Of a stretch of DNA of 64,000 nucleotides, positions 38,001 to 50,047 are shown piece after piece. Numbering within the stretch: the first letter of the stretch is position 1; the number at the start of each line of letters is the position of its first letter. Position numbers and translations under genes: made by a program. Origin of the DNA: Raillietiella orientalis (taxonomy: Eukaryota). The stretch is from positions 1,922,001 through 1,986,000 of the forward strand of contig JAYWIR010000026.1 in NCBI GenBank assembly GCA_036172245.1. Direction: 5' to 3'. The notes under the pieces are model-generated. The model was not told the DNA's origin. It made no database searches and saw only the letters and a list, made by a program, of their open reading frames with translations.

Positions 38001-39599
38001 AGCTCGAGGCCGACGAGGCGGGATGTCGTCGCGCCAGCGGCAGCTCCAAAGAGCGCCATCCGTCCATTCGTGGGGGTAGGGGCGAGTGACAGACGGTACC
38101 CTTCTCACCTCCAGCTCCTTCTCCCTCCCCCTTCCTTCCCCTCCGGGCATAGAAACTCGTCGTCTCCGCCCTGCGCCATCCTGAGAGGCAGCCGGGAGTT
38201 CCTGCCCTGCAGCGTCGCGAACCCGCGATCGCGTCGAGGCGAGACGGTCAGTGGCGCCGCCACGCGGATCGCGCCCGTCCTCGCGGGGCCATCGAGCGAA
38301 AAGGCGCTCGGGCAAAAAGGAGGGGGGGGGGACAAGAAGCGGGGACTGCAGCGGCGGCAGCGGAAGGGAGAGCGGGGAGACGCGCCCTCTCTCTTCCTGC
38401 TGGCGCTTCCGTATCCGGCTTTTGCGGACACGGGGGAACGTGAGATCCCGCCCTTCCCGAAGTCGCATCCAACTTTTTTTCCCCTTCCCCCCCTTTCCAC
38501 CTCTCTCCCAGCATCCCAAAGGAGACCCCCTCGGATCCTGATGTTTGCGCTTCTATTTCTTTTTGTTTATTTTCGCGTCACCTGGGAGATTCCCCTCCTG
38601 GAGGCCGGTCCCCGCGTGCCGGCCACGCCGAGACCCTTCGGACCGCCGCCGGCAGTCGCTTCCCGCCAGGGGCGATGGCTCGCATGTTCGTCGCTCGGAG
38701 GCCCCAGTCCTGCCTGCGCGGGTGTGGCGGTGCCCCCTCCTCCGCTCGGCACCTCGGGGGCGAACGGGCGGTCCGTTTCACCTCGGGACGGCCGCTCCGC
38801 AGCGAGGGGGAGAAGCAGGGGAGTTCCTGGAGTTCCTGCGCCTGGGGCGACGAGCGTGCAGGACGCGGCGTTCATAACGCGGACGATCCTCGCCAGGCAT
38901 CCTCCGGTAGGGGTGGGACGGAGACAGCGGCACTCGCGGCGCCTCCCGAAGTCAACGCTGTCTCCCTTGGAAACCCGCGAGCTCCTCGGGGGAGGGGGAC
39001 CCGCCTGGCTCACCGCCAAAGGGGTCATCCCTCCCGAGTCTCGAGCCGCCGCCCTAGGGGTCCTCCCTCCCCTGCGTTCGCTCGCTCGAAGGAAGGAAAG
39101 GGCGGGACGACACCCGCGAGGTACGCCAGGAAAGGCGAGCCCGCGCGGGGCCGCTGCTCCCGGGACGGCGTTCCTCCCCCACTTCCTCAGCTGCCGGCTA
39201 AACGCGGAGGGTGGGAGGGAGGAAAGGGGGGGAAAGAGCAGGCGGGGCGCGCGCACGCGCGTTTCATCTCGCCGCCGCCCCCGCCCCGAATCCCCGACGT
39301 CCTGACGAGCGACTCCGTCGCCGACCCACCAGCCTCCGCGCCGCCGATCTCCCTCGGTCCGGATGGTGATGAATCGTCGCAGGGACGGAGATGGGGTTCA
39401 TTAGCGACGGAGTGGGAGGAGACGGCCGGGAGGGCGCGCGAGAAGGTCTTGGGGGAGGAGGAGGAGGAGGGGAGGGGAAGGTGGATGTCTGACTCCCTTT
39501 CAGGTGGTTCCCTAGCTCGGGCCGGGGCGCGCTCCTCCACGCGCAGTGCCCCCTCCTCACCCTCCTCACTCACCCTCGAGATGGAACGCTCAGCGCCGC

Positions 39600-42500
39600 C
39601 GATGGTGGTCGCTGCCGCCTAGAGGCGCGCAGCAGCTCGGACACCTCGTACGTACGGCGGAAGCTCGGGAGAACCCGGCGCTTGGCAACGGGAGAGCGAT
39701 GCGGGCTGGCTCCCATCCCGGCCCGCCGGCTCCGACTGTCTTCGTCTGCCGCGCATTCGTGAGATCATGTCAGGTGGCGAGGAAGGGAGGCCACCCAGTG
39801 GCGGATCTCTACGAGCGCCTCTGCAAGTTACCGTGCAATCGCTTCCTCCTAAAAAGGGCTGAAAAAGGGAGGAGGCAGGCACGAGCGACTCGCCCTCCGC
39901 GCGCGGGTAAGAGGAATCTGAGACGGCAGGAATGGTGATCGACGTCACAGTAGCATTCCTCCTGCGGCGGTCTCCCTCCCTCCCCGGTCTGGAATCCCAA
40001 GGGAACCCAGGGTCTTCCTTCAGGACGCACCAGTCCGGGGAGAAGGAGACGGGGAGCTGCCGCGACGGCCTATCCCCAGAGAGGAGGTGGCTGGTGGGCG
40101 CTTCCGTGCTTCCGGGGAGCGCCTGAGGCTCCCTTGCCGCCGCCTCCCAAAAAGGGGGAGGTAAGGGAAAGAAGGGAAAACGGGGAATTGTCGAGAGGGG
40201 CAGCAGCAGGGAATCCGGAAGCTCTCGGGGAGCAAGGCCGCGCTCAAGAAGGTGAGGGAGGAGGGTCAGGGCGTCCGTCCCAGGATGGACCCGCCTGCAA
40301 GCGGCCGCCGCCCCAACAGACTTTTTCCTTCGCGTGAAGGAGGAAAGGAGGAGGGAGAAGGGGAAACCTCTCCGGCGGAAAGGACCCCCTCTTGGTGCCA
40401 GATGGCCTCCCAGTCAGAAGCCGCTTGTCTTCCACAGGCAAGCGCCCCAGTCTCGGGGGTCGTTCGGCGCCATCACCGCGCAGAGTGCCAGAGGCCTCTG
40501 CCGCCATCTTGAGAACGTCGGAAGAGCCTCTTCCCCCCCGTTTCTTCCTTCCTCCCGGGGGACGATCGCCCCTCCCTCTCCAGAACACGCGCTTCCAGAG
40601 ACCCATCCTCTGAAGCCACCCGGCCTCCGCGACGAGCCCCGTCTCCGTGGCAACAGCGACAACCGCTTCCGCCCGTTCCCGCGGCTCTCTGTCAGCGGCC
40701 CTGGCGTCTGTGCGTTTGTCGGGCTCACGCGAAGGGGAGCCGCCGCGGACCCCGCCCGCTCCCGGTTCGCCCCTGCAAGAGGGAACGAGCCTCTACGGCT
40801 ACCGAACGGAGGGTTCAACCTGGCAGGGAGGGGCGACCTCCAGGAAAGTGAGCGGGGTGCGACGGGGGCCTCCGACGAGGGGGTCGGAAAGGAAAAGGGG
40901 TCGGCCTCTCTCCGCCCATGGCGGGCACGCAGGACAGTCAGAGGAAGGGGAGCCGTTTCAGGGGACTGCAGGCTCTTCGAGAGGCGGGGTGGAGGTGGTC
41001 GCCGCCGTGAGCTGTCGCGCGTAGGACGCAGTCCGAGCTCCCCCCTGGCTGAGTATGGGGACGGAGGGGGCCTTGAAGTGTGCGCGCGAAATGACCCTGC
41101 GAGCAAGGTGTGTGCCTCCGCGTGCGTCCCGTGTACGCGCCTCCTCCTCCGAGTGCGAGTGTGAGATCTGTGCGCGCATCGGTTCCTCCCTCTCCCACGT
41201 GCACATCCGACCCCTGAGATCCACGTGCAAATGCGTCACGCCGAGCGCGCGCATCCATCCCTCCGCGTTCCCGCGTGCCTCCGCGCGTGCACGTGTGCAC
41301 GTACACACGGGAGAGAGGGAGGGTTTTGGTGTTCCCCCGTGCAGGAGTAATGATTCATGAGGTGTCACGAAGGTTGCCATCAATTATTCACGTTCACCGG
41401 GCGACGGGAGAGGAAGGGAATTCATGACGTCTCCTCCTAATGAGAACGCCCCGAGCAGGCGTCGAGCGCGCCCAGAGAGCAGCGGCGGGCGGCTCCGCCG
41501 CGCAGAGGTGGAAAAAACCTCGGTGCGTGAGAGCGCGCAGGTCGACCGCTGCCCCGTGGAGGAAGAGGGGGAGGGGGGAGGCCTCGGGGAACGAAGAGAT
41601 CCGGCGTCTAAGAGAGAAGGGCCGGCCTCTTCGCGGGGAGCGCTTCCGGTACGGCCGGGACGCAGCAGTACGAGACCGGAAGCGACGACGCGAAGGATCG
41701 GTCCCTTTCCCCTATCAAGGGGGAGGAGGGGGGGGGAGGACTCGTCTTCCAGCTGAGGACCCACTCCGAGTGGGAGGACGCGTAGCCGCGAACGGTCTGC
41801 CTTTGGTTTCGGGATGTGAAGACTCTCTCCTCGCCGGGATCTTCCCCCCTTCCAGGAAATCTCCTCCCGGAGAGTTCTGGACTCCCCGAGCCCTCAGAGG
41901 AGGCGAGGAGGCGTTCCGAGCAGGAACCCCGGATGCGGGACTCGTGAGCCCGCCAGCTGGAGAGGCACATCCTTGGCGGTGGTCCCTCCCCCCATCCACT
42001 TAAATGATGCGATAGGCGGGAGGTTCCCGCAGTGTCCCGTCCTTCCGGAGAAGGGCCTGGAGCGCTTCGATCTCGGGATCTGAGAGAGCACGTCCCCCTG
42101 CCGCCCGGACGTGGGAACCCTTTTCCTTCTCCCTGCTTTTTCTCCTTCCCTCCCCCCGCCCCCAACCCCAGCTGTCGTTTTTCCTCCCCGAGCAGCCAGC
42201 GTTCGCCTCGCCCCACGATCAAAAACGGGCGTGCACACCCTGGACGCCTCCGATGAAGGCAGCGGCTTCCCGGAAAAACTGGTGCCTCCCTCGGGCAGCA
42301 GTTGGCGACGGTTCCTCGATCCGGGAGACGACGACGCTCGCCCGTCGCCACGGTCCCGCACGCTCCAGGAAGCGGAGTGCGCACTTCGCGTGCGGCGCGA
42401 CCGACGACTCGCCAAGAGGCGCCGCCGCGCCGGGCGCGGGCAGACTACGGGCGTTCCACAGGAGGCACCGCCTCGTGCTTGGGAATTCGGGCTGGAGGGA

Positions 42501-45300
42501 AGGCGTGGTGGTGGGAGAGGCGGGACAACGGGCTCTGGGAGCACGCGGGCGGGAGCGAAGGGAGCTGCTGGCCAGCTAGAGAGAGCCGAGGTGGGGCCAC
42601 CCAGCCTTCTCCTCCTCCCTTCCCCCGTTCGAAGGCGCGCGCGCTAGCACCAGCCGGCCCCACGTCGTCCGAGGAGGTGCTGAGGCGGCCCGGAAGAGAT
42701 AGGGGAGCAGCAGGTGGGGTGCGGGCCTTCCCCCCGGCCTCGGAATCACCCGCGGTTTGCCATATACCTGAGGATGTAGTCGGCCGCTCTTCGTTGGGCA
42801 GTGCGTCCGGCGTGGGGAACCCGTCGCGCCGCTGCGGTCCCACGAAAACCAGCTGCGCGGGCGAAGGGAAGGAAGAGTGGGGTGAAGGTAGGAGGCCGAG
42901 GAGCCCACCTTCGCAGAGGAGGTCCGGAAATCTCCCCGGTCCTGTCATCGCCGCAAGCGCGAGGTGGAGGCCTTTCCACCACACCCTTCCTTCCCTTCCC
43001 TCCTGCAGGCTATCCCTTGGGCTCCTTTCGCCCTTCGGGGAACTCGGAGGTTTGCCCCTCTCCGCAAGCCTTTCCCGGAGGGGAGGGGATCTGGGGGTGA
43101 CGTTCGCCCGCATTGGGGGGGGGGGAGGGAAGGACGCCCCCTCGATCTGTCCCTTCCGCTGATCACTGCGCCGGGAAGGGAGGGGCCGAGACGACAGAAT
43201 GGGTCCAGGAACGCCTTGAGGGGAGGAGGAGGAGGGGGAGCGCGCCTGACCCAAGCGCTGCCTCTGAGACCGGAGCCACCCCCTCCTTCCCACGCCGCCC
43301 CAAGAAAAAAGGAAGACATACCTCTCCTCCCTCCCCCATCCCAATGGTGGCGCGGCTAGCTCCGCTTCCTCCTTCTATCCGGTTGGGGGTCAAGCACCTG
43401 AGGGTGGCGGTGGGGTTGTTCCCCCTTTCCGGTGAGCTCGTGCGCAAACTGGGGCGGCAGAGGAGAGGAGGAAGGGGCGAACCACTGCGCGTTTCTTTTG
43501 CGAGCCCCATCGCCGCCGCCTTAAGAGATCCTGGAATTCGTCTCTGAGGCGACCGCAGGTGGAAGGGAAGGAATGACCCCCTTCCTGCACGACCCCCTTC
43601 TTCCCACCCTCCCAAGTCTACGGCCTGCTCCCCTCCTCGTCTTCTCTGCCCACCTAGTGGCGCTCCCGTCGTCTGCTGCAGCGGCCTCCCCAGGATTTCC
43701 CCGCCCCACCCGTGAGCTCCCTCCCCCCGACGCATGCGGCCCACTGGAGGGAACACGGAGAGGAGGGGGGGGGGTGAAGGGCGATCATCTCCCTCACCCG
43801 TCCTTCGCTGTGGACCTCCCTAAAAAAAACTACAGAGGAACCCATGCTCTTCCTCCTCCCCCTACTCTTCGCCATGCAGCACACGTCCTCTTCCTCTCCT
43901 ATCCCGGATGCCTGAGCGATCCGTCCCATGGCGCAGCCTTCCCGACCGGAAGTCGGGGACGACGCAAGCCGGAAATCCGTTGCCACGGACGCTTCGGTTG
44001 CCACGAGCGCCGCGGCGGCCTCCCTTGTTTTTTTTTTTTACGTGCACGCGTGCGCCTTCCGGAGGGCTTCTGCGAGGGAGCGAGCGGCGTCCCGGATCCA
44101 ACGTCCCGCCCGCCCGCCGGTCGTCCGCTCGCGTTGCAGGCGGCGCACGGCGTCACGCGTGCGCTGCCATGTGGAGGGAAGGAAGGGGGGGGGGGGACGC
44201 GCATTAGAAAAGCCGCGGGATATTCGAAACCTGTTTCCCAGCGGCAACGGCGCAGACGGCGACGGGAGGTCACAGATGCGTTTCCCATGTGCCCCCCTTC
44301 CTCTGTCCCATCCTCCCTTCGGATTCCTACTCCCCCCTCCCCCCTAGTGTTTTTTTTTCTCGAAGAAACGGATCCAATGATCCCTGCCGAACCGGCCGCA
44401 ACGGTCGGAGGAAGGTCAGAGGCGGCAGACGCGCGCTGGGACGTCCGGCCGCTTCCACCGCAGTCGCTTCGCCATGAGGCCGTGCTGAGGCGCTCGGGCT
44501 CGGCCGCTCGGCGCGTCCAGCAGGAAGGCGAGGGGGACCGTAGAGGCAGCCGCCGCCTCAGGGGAAAATCGGATGCCCGCGTTCCGAGGAGGGTGGGGGA
44601 GGACCGGCGCGCAGCTTTGCCCGCCGCTTGTCGCTTTACCCCGGCAGCGACGGCAAGCTAACGAATGAGGGGTGTCCCTGCCCTGAGGGGGTCTTTAAGG
44701 GGATATTCAGGAGAAGCTCGAAGGCACAGCTGGGTCCCACGCTTTGCGGGAGGACGGAGGAAGGAGAATGGGACGCGTTCTGTCCCACCCTCTCTCCGGT
44801 GTAGTGTCGCCTCGCAAGGGCGCTCTCGACGGCTGCCCTGGTCGCCTCAGGAAAAGACCGGCCCCACTCGTGCCCGCGCGTCTGCCTGAGGCCTTCTGGA
44901 GGGAGGATCGCGAAAAGGACGACGCGGCACCGGCTGTAGGGGATGGAGGGAGGGAGGGGGAGGGATATTCAGGGGGCCGATGAGGAGAGAGGTCCGTAGT
45001 TCACCTTCCCCTTCCGGAAGGTCCCGGCAGTATGAAGCGGAGAGTGACAGTTCGGTGACCTGATCGCGACCCATGAAAACCACACGGAATGTAGGAGGGG
45101 AGGGAGACCCACGTCTAAACAGGGCGCTTCCAGAGAGAGCAGCTTCCCCCGACGTCTCCAGAGACCCATCCCGGCACTCCCTCCGGATAAAAAGGAAGCC
45201 TCGCCAGGCCAGCGATTTCTTCCGAGTGCCCACGCGACGGCCCGCCCGCGGTCCCGTGAAGGAAGCGTGCGCCTGACAAATAGGGGGACTCGGCGCCTCA
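39600..45300 (+). mobile_element. Possible full-length decayed Tx1-like element (ORF1 knuckle, endonuclease, RT) with insertions
   Basis: VFVCRAFVRSCQVARKGGH 39738-39794 (ORF1 CxxC-GH); ALPETH 40589-40606 (LQETH); GPGVCAFV ~40697; RFAP ~40762 (YAP); GGFN 40808-40819 (GDFN); PGEFW ~41866; RWRPF 42962-42976 (NWRPI); RLGVKHL ~43380. Confidence 0.5.
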
Positions 45301-46097
45301 TTCCGCGGGAACAAACGCTCAAGGGGCTCTTTGGCGCTGCCTCGAACAGGTCCGACGGGGGACTCTGGGGGAGGGGAGTATAGTGCGGTCGCGCGTTGTA
45401 GGTTCATGGTCCGTAGCTCGCGGTCTCCATGGAAACCGCTTGTCTCGAGGCCACTTTCCCCGAACCCCGGCCACCGAAGAAATCACGTTGAGGCGCCTCG
45501 GTCGCTCGAACCGTCCACACGACCCCCCTCTCTTCGTCTCTTCCTTCCCCCCCTCGCGAAGCAGGAGAAAAGCGGTGCTCTCACGTAGCGCTAGGCGGAA
45601 GCGCCGGCGTTTCTGCCTCCTTGCCCTGCCGGAAGTCGCTGCCTGAGGACACGTAAAGGGAGCAGCTACGTCCGTCTGCAAGCCGCGGTCCTCCTCCTCC
45701 CCTTCCCACATTCCCTTCCCCCGTTCCTCCTTTATTCCCGCCACAGCCCTGGAAGCGACCGAGTGTCGGGAAGGGGAGAGGAGGAAGGTAAAGCTTCCTC
45801 CTTCCCCCCTCTTCTTCCAGATCAGGCTCTGGGAAGGCGATGGACACTGATGGGGAGAACGCATCCCTGCTCCCTCCGACGGAGGAAGTTAACGTGGGAG
45901 GGATTCCCGCTCTTGGCTGAGTTTCAGGATGGGGGGTCCGAAGCAGAGCCCCTCATTCCCAGTGCCCTCCCCCTCCCATTTCCTCCTCCTTCCGACCCGA
46001 TGCCCTTCTTCTAGCCGGGACGCCAGTTGACCCTACGACGCCCAGCCTTCGTCCCGCTCTGCGCACGCCATCCTCCTTTCGGCGTTCCCTTCCTCGG

Positions 46098-46168
46098 GCT
46101 TCCCGCGGGACGACGACGCTGCCGGAGCATTCCCCATGCACTCTGGGATGCTGGCGGGCCAGAGCTTA
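46098..46168 (+). repeat. Diverged direct repeat, copy 1; reads as LINE RT start (DDAAGAF / LWDAGGPEL)
   Basis: gcttcccgcgggacgacgacgctgccggagcattcc...ggatgctggcgggccagagctta matches 48058-48127. Confidence 0.8.
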
Positions 46169-48057
46169 TCCTCGCCTTCCTCCGGGATCGAGGAAGAGCA
46201 ACCGCAGGTCTTCCCCGGAGGGCGATCCCCTCCATTGCAGTGCAGCGACATCTGCGAACCGCCCGCGTTCCCCAGGGAAGAGGAGCCTCCCGCAGGGTAC
46301 TCCTTCCCGCAGGCGATTCCCACGGGACTCCACGGAGGACAAGGGTGTCTCGAGGGCATCAGGAGCCACCGCCTGAACCCTGCACGGCCGACCGGGCGGT
46401 TTCCCCCTTTCCTTCCGGGATATTTTCCCTGACACGCTAGTCCCAGATTTCTCGGATTGTCGCCAGGAAGAAAAGCCAGCCACATCCTCCCGGGACAGCG
46501 ATGCGCGCGCGCTTCCTCCTGGCCCCAGGGAGAAAGGAGGAAGAGCAGGAGAGGGAGGGAGCGGGCGAAGAGCCGCTCTCCCCCGAAGCCGGGGTTTCCA
46601 TAACGACTCCTGGAGTCCCCAGCGTCAGGCGTCCGGCGCGGCGCTGGGGAAGAGGAGGGAAGGAGGCAGAGGGTCAGCCCTTGCGTCCCTCTCCGTCCCT
46701 CTGGGACCCTTTCTCCCCTCTCCTCCCTTTCCACCCTTTTTTCTCCTCCCTCGCGCGCCGCCCGCCCGCTTGGAAGAGAGCAGGGGAAAGGCGCTCCAAC
46801 CCGACGACGCGCCGGCGCCAGGGAAGCCACGCGCAGCGCAGGCCTCCCCCACCCACTCACCCATCCCCGCGCGACCCTCCCGTTCGGGGCTTCCGACTGG
46901 GATATGACCTCTCCCTTTCCCTCGGCCATGCATGTGACCTCTGCTTGGAGGCTCCGCTCCTCCCCTGGGGCATCCGGGGGGCGCCCGGTCCTGAACTTGA
47001 GGCGCGCAGGGAGTGCGGGACGAGTGACCTGGGTGACGACTCCCAGGCGCCTCAGTGACAGTTTTCCCCGAGGGACGGTCGCCTTCGCTTCGAAGCCCCA
47101 AGAGCAGCACGAGGAAGCGGGGCGGACAGTGAAGGGGAAAGAAATCGGAGGGCTCCTGGGGTGATGACTTCCGTGGGCAGAATGGCACGATCACGGGCAC
47201 GCTCCCCCTGAGCGGACGTTCCCCTTCTTCCTCCGGGAGGCCTTGGTGGCATCGTCGTCCCTGGAGGGGGTAGGGTGAGGAGGGACCACCTCGGGGCCCA
47301 GGAGGAGAATCAGGCGCCGTGTCGCCTCCGAGAAGCCTACCGGCCGTTCCTCGAGGGCGGGAGCGGCGGTCACTGACTCATGGGGAGGAAAAGGAGAGGA
47401 GCAGCGGGCTTCCCCACACGCTCTCCCGCGTCTCTCCTCCGATCCCTTAGAAGGTTGCTCCAGGCCTGCCTACGGAAGGGTCGAGCGCACGCTTCCGGAG
47501 GAGGGCGACTAAAGCGACGCTTCCGGGGCACCTCTGGGCTTCCGCCAGCAGAGGGTGGCGCACTCGGCGACCGCCTTGCCGGTGTGGGCAGGGAGTAGGA
47601 GTGAGGGTAGAAGAATACGGTCACACTATGAGTGCAGTGGGTCGCTCCCTCCATTCACCGGCACGCTGGACCGGCCATCCCGCCTACTTTAGCCCACTGC
47701 TTCTTCCCTCCAGAGTGAGCCACCTTCCTTCTGCCGATACCCGACCCGTCCGCGTGACCTCTTTCAGACCCACGAGCTGCCACTCCTGATCTCCAATCCA
47801 CGTGCAGGTGGTCGTTGTGCAGCCGCCCTTCCCCCTACTCCCCCTCTCCTCCCCTTCTGCTGTCGCTCCCTCGGCGTATCTGACATTCACCCTCACGTCT
47901 TGGAACGGGTGGAAGGAACCTCGTCCTTCGCCCACCGACGCTCGCACTCCCGTTGGTTCGCCCCTGAGCCATTCCTTTCCCTCCTTCCCCTGCCGACCAG
48001 TTGGCGCGGCGATGGCTTTGCGAGGGCGCGCGCGCCGTCGGACGCCGCTTTCCTCCA

Positions 48058-48127
48058 GCTTCCTGTGGGACGACGACGCTACCGGGGCATTCCACGCTAC
48101 CTCAGGATGTTGGCGGGCCGGAACTTA
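48058..48127 (+). repeat. Diverged direct repeat, copy 2; reads as LINE RT start
   Basis: gcttcctgtgggacgacgacgctaccggggcattcc...ggatgttggcgggccggaactta; followed by ALPEE...NWQ ~48195-48240. Confidence 0.8.
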
Positions 48128-48632
48128 CTCCACCGACCCACCATCCTGTCCCTCCCCCTCTTCCTTACCCGCGACCCATCAGCAACATCCTCAGCCCTGC
48201 CTGAGGAGACGGCTGGCGCGCTGCTGATTTAACTGGCAGGGCGGGCGAGGGAGTCCCGTGGGTCGTCGTCCTGGAGAGTCTGGACCCGCGGTAATCCAAT
48301 CATCCCTCCAATAGCGTCTCTCCGTGCCCACGCCCGTTGCGGTCCTTCACGCACGTTTGGCTCGGGAGCGCCCTGGATCGATCCCTGCGCCCCACTTCTT
48401 CCCCTTGCTTCCCGGCTTCCTCTTCCCTCTCCCTCTTCCCTTCCTCTCATGCGTCCACCCCGTCGGCGGTGCTCTGCCGCAAGCTCTCCCTACCTCTCCC
48501 ACCGCGGAAGACGGCGGCGGCGCCCATGGAAAGCCGCTCGCTGTCAGCTGGCGGCCTCCCTGGACGGTCCCAATGCTCTGCCCTCCGGCATTCGGGCGTG
48601 CTTCCAGAACCACGCCAACGCCAGCGGGCGCG

Positions 48633-48655
48633 CGCACGTGGAGGATCCACGTGCG
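48633..48655. repeat. Perfect hairpin, 10-bp stem
   Basis: cgcacgtgga-gga-tccacgtgcg. This length is near chance level for 64 kb. Confidence 0.85.
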
Positions 48656-49006
48656 TCTTTCCCTCTTCCCTCCCGCAGCGCTCGTCTCCCTCGTCGTGCT
48701 GGCCCACCCACCTCGGGCGCCGCGCCCTCCTGGGCGAGGGACGGGTTGCGGGCAGAGGAGGCGGCCGGGAGAGTCGAGGTGCATGGTCGGCGTCCCGGAA
48801 ATCTCTCTATTCCTGAGTGTCTCTCCCGACGGCAAAGGAGGGAGCCGGCAGCGCCCGCGAAGCAACGACGAGGCACCCGCCGATCCTGCGAGGAGGCTCT
48901 GCGCGGGCGAACCGGGAATCCCTGCGATCCCCCGCTGGTCTATTTTTAGACCGCGCGCGCGGCAGAAGAGGAGCTGCGCCGTACGGGTGCGGCTCCCAGC
49001 CGACAT

Positions 49007-50047
49007 TTGAAGGGGCAAAGAAGAAGAGGGAGGAGGGAAATGAAAGAGGCTTCGCTTGCCCTGCCGCCGTGGGTGGGAAAAACGCCAGGGGAACGGGTAC
49101 GGCGGGGTACTCCCGGATCCGCAGCAGCGCCGCAGGGCTTCCCGGTGAGCGGAGACCGACCGGTGACATGGAAACGACGGGCAGTGGCAGTCCTGCAGCC
49201 TGCCGGGCGCACCAGCCAGCTCTCCGGGCTGCGCTGGGAAGTACGGCAGCTCCGTGCGCAGCCGTTCCCGACAGACGGAGCTGTCAGGAAGAAGGGGAGG
49301 TACCGCGCCAGTCTGCGGCGGCAGCGGAGAGGAGGGACGACGACGACGTCCCCCGCGAAGCCACAGGACCTTTTCCGCGGCGTCTCAGGAGTCTCCTCTT
49401 GGAAAGGGGCTGCACCTCCGCGCGAGCGCGGGATAGCCCCGATCGGGCCCGGAGTTCCCCCTCGCCCTGCCCCGAGGAGCGTCGCCCACGCGCCAGCAAG
49501 TGGAGGTGGCAGGCAGACTTTTGGCTACCGGAAGCGGTCCTTCCGGCACGCCATGTCGGCGCTCCTGGTTTCGCCCTTGGGCGGAGGCGTTTCCCGCCGT
49601 GTTCCCGCTGCCAGCTCCAGCACTTCCCGGGGACTCGGTTTTTTTGTTCGGGAAAAAGCGCGGCTCCCGAGGGAGAACCGCGAGAGGGCTCTCGCGCTCG
49701 CTTTCCCTTCCCACTGCTCCCGGACGAGGGCGACGAAGGGCAGCCGGAGCTCCCCAGAACGGGAGTGGGAGAGGGCAGGGGAGGAAACGGAGTCTTTCCC
49801 TGCTGACCTCTCCTCCGAGCAGGGGAGACCCCAAGGAACCTTCCGGGATTCCGGCGGCACGTGCGTTACCTCGTGGAGTCCCACTCCGGATCCCAAGGGA
49901 ACGGGAGTGAGTTCGGGAAGAGCCCTCCCAATTCTCCGCGCTCCCTCCCTACCCGTCGCTTTTTCCGTCGAGAAGATCCTGGACTCTTCCCAGCGCTGGA
50001 TACCTGGTTTCCCATCTGCACACACATCCTCCCGGAAGTCAAGCTGA
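49007..50047 (+). mobile_element. Decayed LINE RT domain in a single open frame
   Basis: AAPQGFP (PGPDGxP); RKKGRYRASL (KKG...YRPISL); QTFGYRKRSF (QxGxxxGRSI); ALLVSPLGGGVSRRV...GLGF (LLSLDxxKAFDRV...GF); SFPADLSSEQGRP (FxxxRGVRQGxP); SRKS (NxxKS). No intact YADD. Confidence 0.5.

Noticed and set aside
32192..43664. CTCF-like motifs at 32192-32206 and 43648-43664
   Set aside because: Good matches, but expected by chance at this GC content without other evidence.
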